Positions 63,379 through 64,000 of a DNA stretch of 64,000 nucleotides are shown piece after piece. The DNA is from Vulcanimicrobiota bacterium (GTDB taxonomy: Bacteria > Vulcanimicrobiota > Vulcanimicrobiia > Vulcanimicrobiales > Vulcanimicrobiaceae). The stretch lies in the NCBI GenBank assembly GCA_963714015.1, contig OY970223.1:2688001-2752000 (forward strand), in the 5' to 3' direction. The stretch's first letter is position 1, and every line of letters begins with the position of its first letter. Under the pieces are notes generated by a model. That model did not search any database, was not told where the DNA came from, and was given only the letters and a program-made list of their open reading frames with translations. A program made the translations under genes and the position numbers.

Positions 63379-64000
63379 CTATTGAACGCAGCCGCTCGCT
63401 GCGTTGCTCCAAAGCGGCTGCGTCGGGAAGGTCCCCGTCGAAAACGAGTTATTCTGCAGGTCCGTCCAGGCGCACTTGTCGCCGATCTCGGCACCGCTGC
63501 TGTCGAGCCAGCCGCTGTCCGGCTGCGGGTCCGTCTCGGTTTCCGCTTGTTCGTGTCCGCCGACGATGCTCACTCCGTCAAGAGTCCCCGGACTGTTCAC
63601 CGAGCCGGAGCCGCAGCTGTAACCGGCGTCGGCAATGTACGGAAGGTTGGTGTACGAGATCGTGTGGCCGCTCACCGTCGTGCTGCTGTGCCAGGCGCAG
63701 TAGGCGTTCGGCGAAGCAGAGTTGCCGGCGAACTGATAGACCTTGACCCCGTGCGCCAGCAGGATGACGTAGCTGGCATTCGAGCTGTAGTCGCCGAAAT
63801 GCGCCGCGGCGCGAGCCGCCTCTTTTCCAAGGTAGGTTGCGTAGTTGCTTCGGTTCAGATTCGGCACCGTCGTGGTGTCGGTCCACGACCCCGCGAAGCT
63901 GCCTGAAGCGTTTCCGACTTGTGCGCCGCCTGACTGAGTATACTGCGTTACCGTGTTCATCCAAGCGCTACCGCCCACGCCGCTGATGAATTTCGTGTAG
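63379..64000 (-). CDS. Secreted hypothetical protein, 5' end outside window
   Basis: [28 protein letters not shown]. Confidence 0.7.
   Translation of the reverse strand, partial: YTKFISGVGGSAWMNTVTQYTQSGGAQVGNASGSFAGSWTDTTTVPNLNRSNYATYLGKEAARAAAHFGDYSSNASYVILLAHGVKVYQFAGNSASPNAYCAWHSSTTVSGHTISYTNLPYIADAGYSCGSGSVNSPGTLDGVSIVGGHEQAETETDPQPDSGWLDSSGAEIGDKCAWTDLQNNSFSTGTFPTQPLWSNAASGCVQ

Overview
High-GC bacterial chromosome window. A Bacillota-like gene order (rpsU-yqeY-nfeD-floA-phoH-ybeY-dgkA-cdd-recO-ruvX-mltG) combined with many secreted and lipoprotein genes suggests Ca. Eremiobacterota/Vulcanimicrobiota; this assignment is inference only. Bases 1-~10400 are the right arm of a prophage: DnaC-like loader, DUF1376 initiator, Sak4-like ATPase, KTSC protein, cro/cI switch, a membrane protein, a TPR-like/LuxR-HTH regulator, a tiny secreted-peptide ORF and a large serine integrase that appears to be inserted in a small host gene. 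The most notable signal is a candidate arbitrium-like peptide-communication module of unusual architecture. It has a peptide gene, a receptor with a C-terminal LuxR HTH, and two identical palindromic 16-bp boxes bracketing the pair. A repeated GGTGACAGAG motif sits on the start codons of cI, the integrase and the disrupted host gene, and complementary copies lie in a non-coding region next to one box (a possible AimX-like antisense RNA). The rest is host DNA: 9 tRNAs, RNase P RNA, a possible 6S RNA, rapZ-yvcK, cbs and cystathionine gamma-lyase separated by an ~8 kb accessory block carrying a complete IS3-family element, glycoside hydrolases, aroA, peptidases, tadA and the rpsU operon. Many genes carry single-base frameshifts that look like long-read assembly errors.
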